This document shows positions 1 to 8,134 of a stretch of DNA of 64,000 nt, in pieces. The position numbers and the translations under genes were made by a program. The stretch comes from an uncultured Pseudomonadales bacterium (GTDB taxonomy: Bacteria; Patescibacteriota; Microgenomatia; UBA1400; PJMF01). The stretch covers positions 1,929 through 65,928 of the forward strand of contig CAZIBX010000001.1 in NCBI GenBank assembly GCA_964537615.1, in the 5' to 3' direction. Position 1 is the stretch's first letter. Each line of letters opens with the position of its first letter. The notes beneath the pieces were generated by a model. It ran no database searches and was not told the origin of the DNA. It saw nothing but the letters and a program-made list of their open reading frames with translations.

Positions 1-1476
1 TGACCGGCACAATCCGGCCGGCATCTGCCCCACTTGGATTACGACGCACAATCCAGGCATTGATAATATCGCTCATCTCTTCTTGTGATAACCAAGGGTG
101 AGACCGGCCACAACTGTTGCCACTGCTGAAGTAACCACTGCGATACCAAGCTTTATAAAACCAAGGACTGGCGGCTTTATTTTCCCAAGTCCGGCTAGCC
201 CAGTCTCCCCCGCCCTGTTTGTCAGTGGTATCCCAACCGCTGGTGGTGGTATACCCCCCGTGAGTAGAAGCATACTGGGTCGAGACCGGATTACCCGAGC
301 CGTCCACCAACACCCAGCCCCGAGTTTCGTTGACAGCTTTTTCCCAGTCACCACCTTTCTTTTGATTTTTGAAAACCTGACAGCTCTCGGTGGTACAAAT
401 AGACTTACTGCCGTTGCCAGTGTACTTGATGGCAAAAGTTCTGGCCGCGATAGCTTGAGCTTTCAAAGCATTGATGTGCCAACTACTGGGCATTTCATAA
501 ATCCCCTGCAGATACTGATCTTCAAAAGACATACTGCCGTAACCCTGAACCGAGATACTACCCATAGCCGGGTAGTCTTTTTTGAGTTGAGTGCCTGGGT
601 AATAACTAGACAAAATGTCTTCTACGCTCTGGCCGGCTTCAGCTCTGGCTTTGGCTCCGTACTGGCTCATACCCCGCCGGTGGGTGTAAGCCCCAAAAGA
701 AAAAACGGCAAACGAGTTGCTGGGAGCTTGGGACTTGTAACCGATAGAGGCGTTGAAATCATCAGATAGTGGCACTTCACCCACCGAGGTGATAAACGAG
801 CCAGACCTGGCAGCCAAAATAGCTTGTTGTTTGGCTGACAAGGCAGCTATTTTGCCACTTAATTCCTGTTGGTAGGACTTGGCTTTGGTGATCTCACCTT
901 TGAAAAATTCTGCCTGATCGTCCAGTTGAACCTGCAGAGCCGCCAAAGTTTTTTGCCTTTCCTCCAGTTTCTTCTTGTCATCCTCGAGACTAATAATTTT
1001 TTGTGAAGTTGACTGCAAAATCAGCTTGTCTTGAGATTGGACGCTGGCGTGATAAGTCAGTTGTTGGCGCAACCCTACAGAGCTGGCCAAAAACTGCCAC
1101 CAACTGGGGGTCTGGCTTTGGCGCAGCAGTTTGTACTCTTCTGCCATGCGCCGGCGCAACAACTTATACTGCACCGCCAGATCGACTTCCCGCTGGCTGA
1201 TGTCTTCCGCTAGTTTGGCGGCGTTGGCTTTGGCTTGGGCGATGCCTGTTTGAGCTGACTTAATCTTGGCTTCCAGGCCGGTGAGCTCTTTTTCCAGTGG
1301 TCTGGTGGCGTTTTCTGACAAAGTTTTGAGTTTGGCTAGTTCATTGATCTGGTTTTGCAGATCCTCCACTTCATCGGCCTGGGTTAAAGCAGGACCAGCC
1401 AACGACAAAACCGCCAAGACTGCTACAGTCAATGTCAGTTTGACTAGAAAACCTAACCCGTTTTTACGTTTCAGCA
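1..1476 (-). CDS. Secreted coiled-coil protein with a SpoIID/LytB-like domain (C-terminus beyond window start)
   Basis: The minus-strand frame is uninterrupted from a GTG at 1476 to position 1 (~490 codons), so it is absent from the ORF track because it runs off the edge. The N-terminus is a signal-like hydrophobic segment (LTLTVAVLAVLSLAGPALTQA), followed by a long heptad-like coiled coil. It then carries a SpoIID/LytB-like motif (…AQAIAARTFAIKYTG…CTTESCQVF…). The overlapping ORFs 73..435 and 98..769 are therefore judged spurious. Confidence 0.55.
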
Positions 1477-1566
1477 CGCCTACAGCATACCAAATGAGTT
1501 CTCTGTTTGCCCGCTCTCATCCGCCTCTTCCCTACCACCTCACCCTTGAAGTACAATACAGTGGTA

Positions 1567-2838
1567 ATGAGACGGCTCCTGAATATCATCTGGGTTGTGG
1601 TGTTGTTTGTGGTTTTCTTGAGCAGTAGCCAAAAGGCGTCTGCTGCTACTTGTCCCGGTTTACATCAAGGTGTAGGAAATAACGTTTTGCTACCTATATA
1701 TACGCCGGGAGCGAGTCACACGGTGGTTATTGACACCTCGACGTTTAATAAGAACTACAATTACTACTTCAAAGTCAAAAATGGCAGTTTTTCTGATGAT
1801 GAAGCTCAAACACCATCTTTTAGAGTCGACGCTTCAAACAGTATCACAGATGGCTGTAACCAGATTACGGTTGATGCTACCAATAATAAAGTTACTTGGG
1901 TAATTTCTTGTCGGGAAGCACTACAAAATGCTGGTGACCGAGTTCAAGAAAAAGACCCTCATTATGTGATTGCTTATAGATGGGAGGCCGGGTCTAACCG
2001 GTTTTGTGACGTGGGTGCATACTACACTTCAGACAATGTGCTGAAAAACTCGACTTGTAAATTGGTTATCTGGCAAGGCGATGACTCACAACCAGGTATG
2101 GCTTGTTACGCCCCTGGATGTATCGAGAAAGACAAAGATGTCACTATCAGAGTAGACGAGTTAAAAATCAATAACCAACCATACAACGGCAATGTTTCAA
2201 TGGATTTAGCTGCAGGTGGAACCGACATTGTCCAAGATAGAGTTGTCGCCATCACCAATGGTATTGGAATGACTAAGTTTCCTCCGCGAAGCAAAACAAA
2301 ACATTCTGTGATTGTGAAGGTCAGAAATGCTGACGGTGGCCTTCGGATCGTTCCTGGTTGCAGAGCTAGTTTTAATGTTTCTGACTACTGTAGTCCCAAT
2401 CAGTGTAATAAAACCAGAACAGTTATGACTCCAGGAGACTTAAACGGGGCTCCGTTTAAAATCTGTGATCAAATCGACAGTGGTTTGCAGGACAGTCAGG
2501 GACGCAACATGAAAAATCTCTGTATCCAGTGTATCGGTGGTGATGAAGAAGGTCGGGAAGGTATGTGGACGGCGTTGGGCTGTATTCCTCGCCAACCAGA
2601 GCAAATCGTCAAACGTTTCTTGCTACTGGGACTGGGGATGGGAGGTGGGGTTGCTCTACTGATGATTCTGGTGGCTGGCTTCCAGATTTCTACCTCACAA
2701 GGTAATCCAGAACAGTTTAATAAAGCCAAAGAAATGCTAGTCGGAGCCATTACCGGTTTGCTGTTTATCATTTTTTCGGTGACGATTTTGCAGTTTATCG
2801 GTTACTCGATTTTGAAAATACCAGGATTTGGAGGGTAA
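1567..2838 (+). CDS. Large Cys-rich secreted ectodomain protein with a C-terminal pilin-like two-TM anchor (first member of the paralog array)
   Basis: The internal Met at 1567 gives a clean signal peptide (MRRLLNIIWVVVLFVVFLSSSQKASA). A ~330-aa Cys-rich ectodomain follows. The C-terminus (…LGLGMGGGVALLMILVAGFQISTSQGNPEQFNKAKEMLVGAITGLLFIIFSV…) has the same TM–polar loop–TM architecture as the downstream small paralogs. Confidence 0.6.
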   Translation: MRRLLNIIWVVVLFVVFLSSSQKASAATCPGLHQGVGNNVLLPIYTPGASHTVVIDTSTFNKNYNYYFKVKNGSFSDDEAQTPSFRVDASNSITDGCNQITVDATNNKVTWVISCREALQNAGDRVQEKDPHYVIAYRWEAGSNRFCDVGAYYTSDNVLKNSTCKLVIWQGDDSQPGMACYAPGCIEKDKDVTIRVDELKINNQPYNGNVSMDLAAGGTDIVQDRVVAITNGIGMTKFPPRSKTKHSVIVKVRNADGGLRIVPGCRASFNVSDYCSPNQCNKTRTVMTPGDLNGAPFKICDQIDSGLQDSQGRNMKNLCIQCIGGDEEGREGMWTALGCIPRQPEQIVKRFLLLGLGMGGGVALLMILVAGFQISTSQGNPEQFNKAKEMLVGAITGLLFIIFSVTILQFIGYSILKIPGFGG

Positions 2839-2840
2839 AG

Positions 2841-3575
2841 ATGAAAAAACAACTGATGAGGATAGTCACGACTTTACTATTTGTTGGTTTGGTTGCGTTT
2901 TACCCCCATCCAGCTCAAGCCCAAACTTGTGGTTTTGCTACTAGAAACCGCTGTGACGTTTGTACTAATAACCAAAAGTGTGTCAGTGGCCTAGGTTGGC
3001 CAATTTATGATTGTAGAACTGTAGCCGGTCAGTGCGGCGCTCCCTGGCCCACCACCTGCAACCAAGGCAACTACTTGCGCTGTGACGTTTGTCCATCTGG
3101 CCAACAATGTCTCAAGAGTGGCTCCAACTATTACTGTGGCACCCCCACCACGGCTTGCGTTACCCCCGCTCCCACTTCACCACCTGGCACCACCCCCACC
3201 ACCCCACCCACCCCCACCATGTTTTCTCCCTACGATCCACCGACCAACGAAACTTTTGACATGGTCAACCCGCTCAAGATCGGTGGTGGCACTGATCTGG
3301 CGTCAGACCAACCATCTCAATTTGCCGGCCAACTTTCCTCTCCAGGAGGCATCGTTAGTCGAGTTCTGACTTATGCCTTTCCTCTGGCCGGCTTGATTCT
3401 TTTTGCCATGCTGACTTGGGGAGGATTTGAGATGATCATGGGCGCTGCTAGCAAAAAATCTCTTGACGCTGGTAAACAACGCGCTACCGCTGCGGTTGTT
3501 GGGTTTTTGATCCTGTTTGTGTCATACTGGATATGGCAAATACTAGAAGTAGTTTTTGGCATCGTGGTGTTTTAA
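2841..3575 (+). CDS. T4SS pilin-like (VirB2/TrbC-like topology) two-TM protein with a duplicated Cys-rich module and Pro/Thr linker
   Basis: A GGAGGG RBS lies 6 nt upstream and there is a signal peptide. Two copies of the motif RCDVC-x-x-x-Q-[KQ]-C-[VL]-x-SG are followed by a TPPGTTPTTPPTPT linker. The C-terminal hairpin is LILFAMLTWGGFEMIMGAASKKSLDAGKQRATAAVVGFLILFV. Confidence 0.6.
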   Translation: MKKQLMRIVTTLLFVGLVAFYPHPAQAQTCGFATRNRCDVCTNNQKCVSGLGWPIYDCRTVAGQCGAPWPTTCNQGNYLRCDVCPSGQQCLKSGSNYYCGTPTTACVTPAPTSPPGTTPTTPPTPTMFSPYDPPTNETFDMVNPLKIGGGTDLASDQPSQFAGQLSSPGGIVSRVLTYAFPLAGLILFAMLTWGGFEMIMGAASKKSLDAGKQRATAAVVGFLILFVSYWIWQILEVVFGIVVF

Positions 3576-3580
3576 AAAAT

Positions 3581-4027
3581 ATGCAGAAAAAATACTTAAA
3601 AAATTGGTCACAAAAAATTTGGAAACTTTTCAGCTTGGCTGGCGGTCTGGTTATAACTGCTACTCAACTAACTTCAACTGTTTGGGCTCAACCCGCACCA
3701 CCTTGTGATCCCGGCTCCGGTGGTATTAACCTGGGTGACTGTCTGCGTTTAAGCGATGACTCTCTGGTTTCCAGTGTTTATAACAACCCAGCAGCTCTGG
3801 TTAACTTGCTGGCCCGCAATTTATTTGTGGTGGCCGGAGTGTTTTTGTTTGGCTTATTTTTACTGGCCGGACTGAAAATTATCGCGTCAGGCAAGGGCGG
3901 CAAACAAGGCCTGGACGAGGCCAAAACTATGCTGACCTCGGTGGCTATCGGTTTTGCTATCATGTTTGCTGCCTACTGGATCGTCCAGATCGTCAAAATC
4001 ATTACCGGAGCCAATATAGTTTTATAA
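3581..4027 (+). CDS. T4SS pilin-like two-TM protein (paralog)
   Basis: The start is moved to the ATG at 3581, just after the upstream stop; the track ORF 3533 overlaps the previous gene. There is a signal peptide and the C-terminal motif FLLAGLKIIASGKGGKQGLDEAKTMLTSVAIGFAIMFAAY. Confidence 0.55.
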   Translation: MQKKYLKNWSQKIWKLFSLAGGLVITATQLTSTVWAQPAPPCDPGSGGINLGDCLRLSDDSLVSSVYNNPAALVNLLARNLFVVAGVFLFGLFLLAGLKIIASGKGGKQGLDEAKTMLTSVAIGFAIMFAAYWIVQIVKIITGANIVL

Positions 4028-4038
4028 TCAGGATCACT

Positions 4039-4407
4039 ATGCCAGCAGATGATTTCATAAACATAGTCGGCAACATTCAGCCACCACCAGGGGTCGAACA
4101 ACAAATTGCTGATTCCGGCCTGGCACCCAATGAAGTAGCTCTGTTGTTTTTTGTTAATAAGATGTTAATTGCCGTGACTGTGGTGATGGGTATCTGGGTG
4201 TTATTTAATCTGGTCTTGGCTGGAGTCTCGTATATTACATCCTCCGGTGATGCCAAAGCTCATACTCAAGTCAAAGATCGGCTGATTATGAGTGTATTGG
4301 GCATTATATTGATCGTGGGGGCTTATACTTTGACTGCCGTAGTCAGTTATGTCATTTTTGGTGACCCCAACTACGCTCTTAACCCCACTATTACCGGACC
4401 CAACTGA
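4039..4407 (+). CDS. T4SS pilin-like two-TM protein (paralog)
   Basis: Hairpin VLAGVSYITSSGDAKAHTQVKDRLIMSVLGIILIV. The stop overlaps the next start (TGATG at 4404–4409), indicating translational coupling. Confidence 0.55.
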   Translation: MPADDFINIVGNIQPPPGVEQQIADSGLAPNEVALLFFVNKMLIAVTVVMGIWVLFNLVLAGVSYITSSGDAKAHTQVKDRLIMSVLGIILIVGAYTLTAVVSYVIFGDPNYALNPTITGPN

Positions 4408-5021
4408 TGTCAAACCTGATCTCAATCACCACTCAAAAGATTAAACAGCTTTTTGCCAAAACACATGTTTGGACACTTCTGTTGATAGTTGGACTGATAC
4501 TGATTGCGCCGATTTCTGTCAGTGCCCAAAACTGCCCTTCCGGCTATCAATGTGAGGGGGGGTGTGAGTATATCGGTCACTGCGTTTCCAACCGAACCTG
4601 TATTTTGGTGCCACCCTTTTACATCCGGCCTGGTGCTAGAAACTGCGGATCTTTTATCATCGGCCGAGTTAATCCTCCTCAAGGAGTAGCCGATTACAAC
4701 ATGCAGACCGCCCTCCAACCAGGATCAGGCAATATCGGGATTTTGTTGTTTGTTTCCAATGTCGTTAAGTTAATTACGGCCGTGGGCGGAATTCTGATTC
4801 TGATCAACTTCGTGGTGGCGGGCATTACTTTGATCGCACAAGCTGGCAATACCCAAGCCATGACCGGCGTCAAAGATAAGTTGACTTATGGCCTGATTGG
4901 TTTGGTCATCATGGTGGCGGCCTACACGGCTATGGCTCTAGTGGGTCAAATTATCTTCGGCAATCCCTTGTTTATCATCAATCCAGATCTTAACGCCTTG
5001 GGTGCTTTATCTGGACCGTAG
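4407..5021 (+). CDS. T4SS pilin-like two-TM protein with an N-terminal Cys-rich ectodomain (paralog)
   Basis: Signal peptide, then a CPSGYQCEGGCEYIGHCVSNRTC Cys cluster. Hairpin FVVAGITLIAQAGNTQAMTGVKDKLTYGLIGLVIMVAAY. Confidence 0.55.
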   Translation: MSNLISITTQKIKQLFAKTHVWTLLLIVGLILIAPISVSAQNCPSGYQCEGGCEYIGHCVSNRTCILVPPFYIRPGARNCGSFIIGRVNPPQGVADYNMQTALQPGSGNIGILLFVSNVVKLITAVGGILILINFVVAGITLIAQAGNTQAMTGVKDKLTYGLIGLVIMVAAYTAMALVGQIIFGNPLFIINPDLNALGALSGP

Positions 5022-5046
5022 TAAGCGTTATACTATCTACACAAAT

Positions 5047-5433
5047 ATGCCACTCTCTTCCAAACTCGCCCAGTTCGGCCAAGGCCTCCAACCACCCACC
5101 GACGCTTTCAGCACCGGCTCAACCAATGATCTGACTCAACCGGTCAATGCTTTTACCAATCTTGAGTACATGGTGTCCAACGTCATTGCTATCGTGACTG
5201 CTCTAGCTTCCCTGATGTTTATTTACTACTTTATCATGGCAGCTATCAGCTGGATTAACTCCGGTGGTGACTCTGGCAAGCTACAAACCGCCAGAAACCA
5301 GATGCTGAACGCAGTTCTGGGTTTGGTGCTACTGGTCGCCAGTTATGCCATCGTAGGTCTGATTGGTACTTTGTTTGGCCTTGACTTGCTCAATCCTGGT
5401 AAAGTGCTCAAAGGTTTAGTTCCCACACCATAA
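5047..5433 (+). CDS. T4SS pilin-like two-TM protein (paralog)
   Basis: Internal Met chosen as start. Hairpin FIMAAISWINSGGDSGKLQTARNQMLNAVLGLVLLVASY. Confidence 0.5.
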   Translation: MPLSSKLAQFGQGLQPPTDAFSTGSTNDLTQPVNAFTNLEYMVSNVIAIVTALASLMFIYYFIMAAISWINSGGDSGKLQTARNQMLNAVLGLVLLVASYAIVGLIGTLFGLDLLNPGKVLKGLVPTP

Positions 5434-5438
5434 CCAAT

Positions 5439-5942
5439 ATGTTCAAACTTCACTTACTAAATCAAACTTTCAGAACCGGTGCGGTGTTTTTGACAGTGAT
5501 AATAACTATGGTGATAGCCACTTTACTGATGGGTGGTAGACCAGTCATGGCCCAGATCACCAACCCGGCCATCGGTGAGCTGGGTGGAAATGATAATTCT
5601 GGTCAGTACAGCCCTGATCCAGCGGCCGTCACTGCAGCCCAGTCAGGGGCGTCATTTTTGGCCCAGTTTGTCCGACTGTGGGGCAATGTAGTCACCATCG
5701 GAGTTATCTTGGTTTTAGTCATGTTCATCTGGGGAGCGATCGAGTGGATTACGGCCGGTGGAGATGCCGGCAAGATCGGCAAGGCCCGCGACCGGATGTT
5801 GCAGTCGGCCATCGGCTTACTGGTTCTAGTCAGTTTGTTTATCTTGATTGGTTTCTTGAGCGGAACTCTGTTTGGCGATACACTTGATATCCTCAAGCCC
5901 AAGTTTGTCACCCCCAATACCAACACCGGAGCCACACCATGA
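5439..5942 (+). CDS. T4SS pilin-like two-TM protein (paralog)
   Basis: Signal peptide. Hairpin MFIWGAIEWITAGGDAGKIGKARDRMLQSAIGLLVLV. The start overlaps the upstream stop. Confidence 0.55.
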   Translation: MFKLHLLNQTFRTGAVFLTVIITMVIATLLMGGRPVMAQITNPAIGELGGNDNSGQYSPDPAAVTAAQSGASFLAQFVRLWGNVVTIGVILVLVMFIWGAIEWITAGGDAGKIGKARDRMLQSAIGLLVLVSLFILIGFLSGTLFGDTLDILKPKFVTPNTNTGATP

Positions 5943-6457
5943 TTTTCAGCTCACTTGTCGCCCAACTACCAGACACCGTACCTTTTGATATCGGAGAGGC
6001 CGGAGCCACGATTATTCCCCATGCCGTAGGCAATAATACGCCGGATACTTACCAGGCAGCTTTTGGTAATTTCTTGGGCAGTATTTTGTCTTTTGTGATC
6101 GTTATTGCAGTCATCATGGTGTTTCTATATCTAGTCTGGGGAGCTATCGAGTGGATTACTTCTGCTGGTGACAAAGGCAAACTGGAAAAAGCCCGCAACC
6201 GGATGTTTCAAGCAGTGATTGGTATTATTGTGTTATCCGGCACTTTGGCTTTTCTGATGATTATCCAACAGTTTTTGGGTATTTGTGTGTTAAGTATCAG
6301 TGGTAAGTGTACCGGGACTTCCAGCGCACCAACTGAACTCTATAGATGCTTGCCCATCAACCAGTGCGGGCCACCTACCAACTCTGGAGTGAGTGTCGGT
6401 AACTGTTCTCCTCACCGGGTGGGCTATGTCAACTGTCGATTCCGGGCTACACCTTAG
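5939..6457 (+). CDS. T4SS pilin-like two-TM protein with a C-terminal Cys-rich tail (paralog)
   Basis: ATGA start/stop overlap with the upstream gene. Hairpin LYLVWGAIEWITSAGDKGKLEKARNRMFQAVIGIIVL. The Cys-rich extension (…CVLSISGKCTG…CLPINQCGPP…NCSPHRVGYVNC) is at the C-terminus instead of the N-terminus. Confidence 0.55.
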   Translation: MIFSSLVAQLPDTVPFDIGEAGATIIPHAVGNNTPDTYQAAFGNFLGSILSFVIVIAVIMVFLYLVWGAIEWITSAGDKGKLEKARNRMFQAVIGIIVLSGTLAFLMIIQQFLGICVLSISGKCTGTSSAPTELYRCLPINQCGPPTNSGVSVGNCSPHRVGYVNCRFRATP

Positions 6458-6559
6458 TCACTACGCCTTGATCAGACAGCAACTTGACACTCGAGAATAA
6501 AGCACTGTACAATATAAAAGTACTTTGTAGCAATCATTAATAATAAAAAAGGGAGCTGT

Positions 6560-6976
6560 ATGAAACAGTCGCTAAAAACAATCACCGCCTTGGGTGGTGT
6601 GATGGTGGGTACTCTGCTAGCCAGCGTGCCACAAACGATGGCCGCCATTGACGTAGGCACCATCGAAGGTACCAAGGGTATGGCCAATAACTTTGGTAGC
6701 TTTCTTTCCAGCTTGCTGACCATCGTCATGGCTATCGCCGCTCTGGCTGTTTTCATTTACTTGATCTGGGGTGGTATCGAGTGGATTACCAGCGGTGGTG
6801 ACAAAGGCAAAACCGAGACTGCCAGAAACAAGATCACAGCCGCAGTCATCGGTTTGATCGTCTTGGCTGCAGCTTATGCCATCTTGTCCATCGTGCTGCG
6901 ATTCCTGGGCTTCTCCAGCATTACCAACGTGTTTGAGAACGTCAAGGTGATCACGCCAGGTGGCAGTGGCATTTAA
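6560..6976 (+). CDS. T4SS pilin-like two-TM protein (paralog; canonical member)
   Basis: AAGGGAG RBS and a signal peptide. Hairpin IYLIWGGIEWITSGGDKGKTETARNKITAAVIGLIVLAAAY. Confidence 0.6.
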   Translation: MKQSLKTITALGGVMVGTLLASVPQTMAAIDVGTIEGTKGMANNFGSFLSSLLTIVMAIAALAVFIYLIWGGIEWITSGGDKGKTETARNKITAAVIGLIVLAAAYAILSIVLRFLGFSSITNVFENVKVITPGGSGI

Positions 6977-7000
6977 TTAAACTTTAAGATCAAAAGTTTA

Positions 7001-7031
7001 ACACCCTCCCAAAGTTTGGGAGGGTGTTTTG
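7001..7031 (+). terminator. Rho-independent terminator inside the paralog array
   Basis: Perfect GC-rich inverted repeat CACCCTCCC-aaagttt-GGGAGGGTG at 7003–7027, followed by TTTT. Confidence 0.6.
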
Positions 7032-7057
7032 GTAATTCTGATATAATAAGTGGTCAT

Positions 7058-7606
7058 ATGTCCATCAAGCACTTCGTACTCACTCTTGTTCTCGTTTTTG
7101 GTATCAGTTATGGCGTAGTTGGCTCCACTCCAGCCATGGCCGCCGGTACAACTGGCACAGATACCAACGCCGGTCAAGTTCAAACTCAAAACACTGACGG
7201 CTCACTCAACTTGACCACCAGCGTCAACACCGCTACGGCTTCCACTACCCCCAATCCTGATCTAGAGTACTTACCGCCTGGTTTTGCCAAATCTTTTCCT
7301 GATCTTTTGGCCAGTATTTTGACCTTGCTGGTAGCAATTGTAGCTATCTTGGTTTTTGCTTACCTGATTTGGGGTGGACTCAACTGGATTACCAGCGGAG
7401 GCGATAAGGGCAAAACTGAGACCGCCCGCAATAAAATCATGGCTGCCTTGATCGGGCTGATCATCATCGCTTCGTCATACGCCGTGCTTCAGATCGTGTT
7501 GCGGTTTTTGGGCTACAGCTCATTGATCGATGCTTTTAATAAAATCAAACCCATATCTGAACCGGGTCGTAACTTGCGGGTTGAACTGACTGTAGAGAAA
7601 GCATAG
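7058..7606 (+). CDS. T4SS pilin-like two-TM protein (paralog; near-duplicate of 6560..6976 in the anchor)
   Basis: Start placed at the internal ATG at 7058 (MSIKHFVLTLVLVFGISYG… signal peptide). Thr/Asn-rich ectodomain. Hairpin AYLIWGGLNWITSGGDKGKTETARNKIMAALIGLIIIASSY, ~85% identical to the previous paralog anchor. Confidence 0.6.
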   Translation: MSIKHFVLTLVLVFGISYGVVGSTPAMAAGTTGTDTNAGQVQTQNTDGSLNLTTSVNTATASTTPNPDLEYLPPGFAKSFPDLLASILTLLVAIVAILVFAYLIWGGLNWITSGGDKGKTETARNKIMAALIGLIIIASSYAVLQIVLRFLGYSSLIDAFNKIKPISEPGRNLRVELTVEKA

Positions 7607-7615
7607 GATAAAGCC

Positions 7616-8035
7616 ATGTGGCGATTACGCAAGTGGTTAAAACACATCGGTTTAATTTTATCTGTCATAGCATTGTCGATTCCGGGCCGAGTTCTGGCTC
7701 AAACTGTGGAGTGGAACGGAGTTTGTGTCGGAGGAGCTGATCAAGATGTGGCAACCATCCAAGGGCTGGAGTGCTTGATCGCCAATGTTTTTACGGTTTT
7801 TATTACTTTGTTGGGGTTGCTGGGTTTTGTCATGTTCATCATCGCCGGATTCAAGTGGATGACATCTGGTGGTAACAGTAAAGGTATGGAGTCAGCCAGA
7901 GGCGCTATGACTTATGCCGTGCTGGGTCTGGTGATCAGTTTAAGTGCTTTTATCATCATCAACTTAATCGCCGAGTTTACCGGAGTTAATATCATCCGGA
8001 CATTTTCTATTCCCACATCTGATTTGGGTATGTAG
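7616..8035 (+). CDS. T4SS pilin-like two-TM protein (divergent last paralog)
   Basis: Signal peptide. Hairpin FIIAGFKWMTSGGNSKGMESARGAMTYAVLGLVISL. Confidence 0.5.
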   Translation: MWRLRKWLKHIGLILSVIALSIPGRVLAQTVEWNGVCVGGADQDVATIQGLECLIANVFTVFITLLGLLGFVMFIIAGFKWMTSGGNSKGMESARGAMTYAVLGLVISLSAFIIINLIAEFTGVNIIRTFSIPTSDLGM

Positions 8036-8134
8036 TTGACTGCGCTCAATTGATCAAAACCAATGGTCAATAAAGATAGACGGCTTTATTTCATAAATCT
8101 ATTATTTTATCTGACAGGTATAATGTGATCAGTT

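Noticed and set aside
73-769. ORFs 73..435 (-) and 98..769 (+) from the six-frame track
   Set aside because: Both lie inside a much longer uninterrupted minus-strand frame (1..1476) whose translation shows a signal peptide, a coiled coil and a SpoIID-like motif. The short ORFs have atypical composition and no motifs.
3082-3369. 95-aa poly-Pro ORF
   Set aside because: It is an alternative frame inside the PT-linker of the 2841..3575 gene, with low-complexity composition.
1567-8035. Reading the small two-TM paralogs as holins or as type IV (prepilin) pilins
   Set aside because: None has the G|F-x-x-x-E prepilin motif; the three genuine prepilin-type pilins are at 57997–59587. Eleven tandem holins without endolysin or phage genes is implausible. 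A toxin/immunity reading is kept as an alternative in the findings.
8119-8124. Sigma70 promoter upstream of the 8135 gene
   Set aside because: A perfect TATAAT sits 11 nt before the ATG, but no credible -35 or TG extension was found. It is mentioned only as a possible leaderless arrangement, not called as a feature.
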